The notes beneath the pieces are model-generated. The model saw only the letters and a program-made list of their open reading frames with translations, was not told where the DNA came from and made no database searches. A program made the translations under genes and the position numbers. A stretch of 64,000 nucleotides of DNA from Hypanus sabinus (lineage: Eukaryota). This document shows positions 63,261-64,000 of this stretch, in pieces; positions within the stretch are counted from its first letter, which is position 1, and the number at the start of each line of letters is the position of its first letter. The stretch spans positions 94,116,001 through 94,180,000 of the forward strand of contig NC_082714.1 in assembly GCF_030144855.1 (NCBI RefSeq). Direction: 5' to 3'.

Positions 63261-64000
63261 ATGAAGACAGCGCAGTGAAACTGAAACTTGTGTTTCACGA
63301 ACAAAACATTAAGGAGAGACATGTTCAAAGTGAGCGAAATATGGAAGTCTTTGCTTGGGAGAAATAAATGTACCTATATCAAGTAAAAGATCGGGAAGAG
63401 AGTTTCAATGTGATTATATGTTGTAGTGAAGATGATGGATTTTGCATTCAACATAAAGCGTGTATATAATTTGACACTGTTTTAAAGTTTGGTGGTTGCG
63501 GACCCAAATCAGTTTTATTGAGGCCTCTGTTTATTATTCTGTACATCAATCTCGTAACGCATTCCAATTGCTGTCGCTTTTCTGTCAGCTCGCATCAGTA
63601 CAGTCATGCCCCTCTGACTTATCTCATTAAGAAAGTGTTTTCGTCCACAGACCTGTCGTTCACTGGCTTGATTTTCTGCCAGAAAAATCCAAGAGATACA
63701 CAGCTTCCGAGACACACAAACCACGCTGTCAAGCACCTAGAATCACGTCATTTAATGCCACTTATTCCTCATTTTGATGTTTGGTCTCAACAATAAACAA
63801 ACCTCTTTACGAGGTCTGAATTCCTCTATGGTTTGATTTGCTGCCACATGACTTGTTCATTAGGTATTTGCATTAACGGTCAGCAATACCTGATAAAGTG
63901 GGCAATGAGTGTATACACGAGTTGTGTGTATGATATACTGACCTCCAAAGCATTACGACGTTTTGTGGTTTGATTCGGACTGTGCTGGTTGTTAACCTAA

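Noticed and set aside
63277-63288. ISRE-like GAAACTGAAACT
   Set aside because: No associated promoter or gene visible within the window; could be chance.

Overview
Eukaryotic, repeat-rich DNA (CR1, Rex1/Babar, Penelope, Tc1, hAT, Gypsy-type LTR) from a cartilaginous fish, probably a ray or skate (inferred from the light-chain type and repeat set, not proven). It is an antigen-receptor neighbourhood. The only apparently intact gene is a six-exon, non-rearranging receptor on + (935-12583). Its exons are leader, V with J already fused, C1-type Ig domain, uncharged TM, and two cytoplasmic exons ending in DIYAQL; all junctions are in phase and give a 290-aa ORF. This resembles the PRARP/VJC1 'antigen-receptor precursor' architecture. 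Around it lie two type I (sigma-cart/NS5-like) Ig light-chain clusters, both pseudogenes (33.0-34.8 kb; 50.7-53.2 kb, germline-joined VJ). Also present: an inverted, heavily decayed lambda-like light-chain cluster with a perfect octamer-TATA promoter (42.4-43.4 kb, -), a TCR-Valpha/delta-like V relic (46.1 kb), NLR-like (NACHT, LRR) and B7/BTN-like relics (19-25 kb), and a headless second copy of the receptor's TM and cytoplasmic exons (56.8-63.0 kb) sitting 4.2 kb downstream of a light-chain cluster. All homology calls come from reading motifs by eye; no database search was run. Repeat boundaries are approximate.
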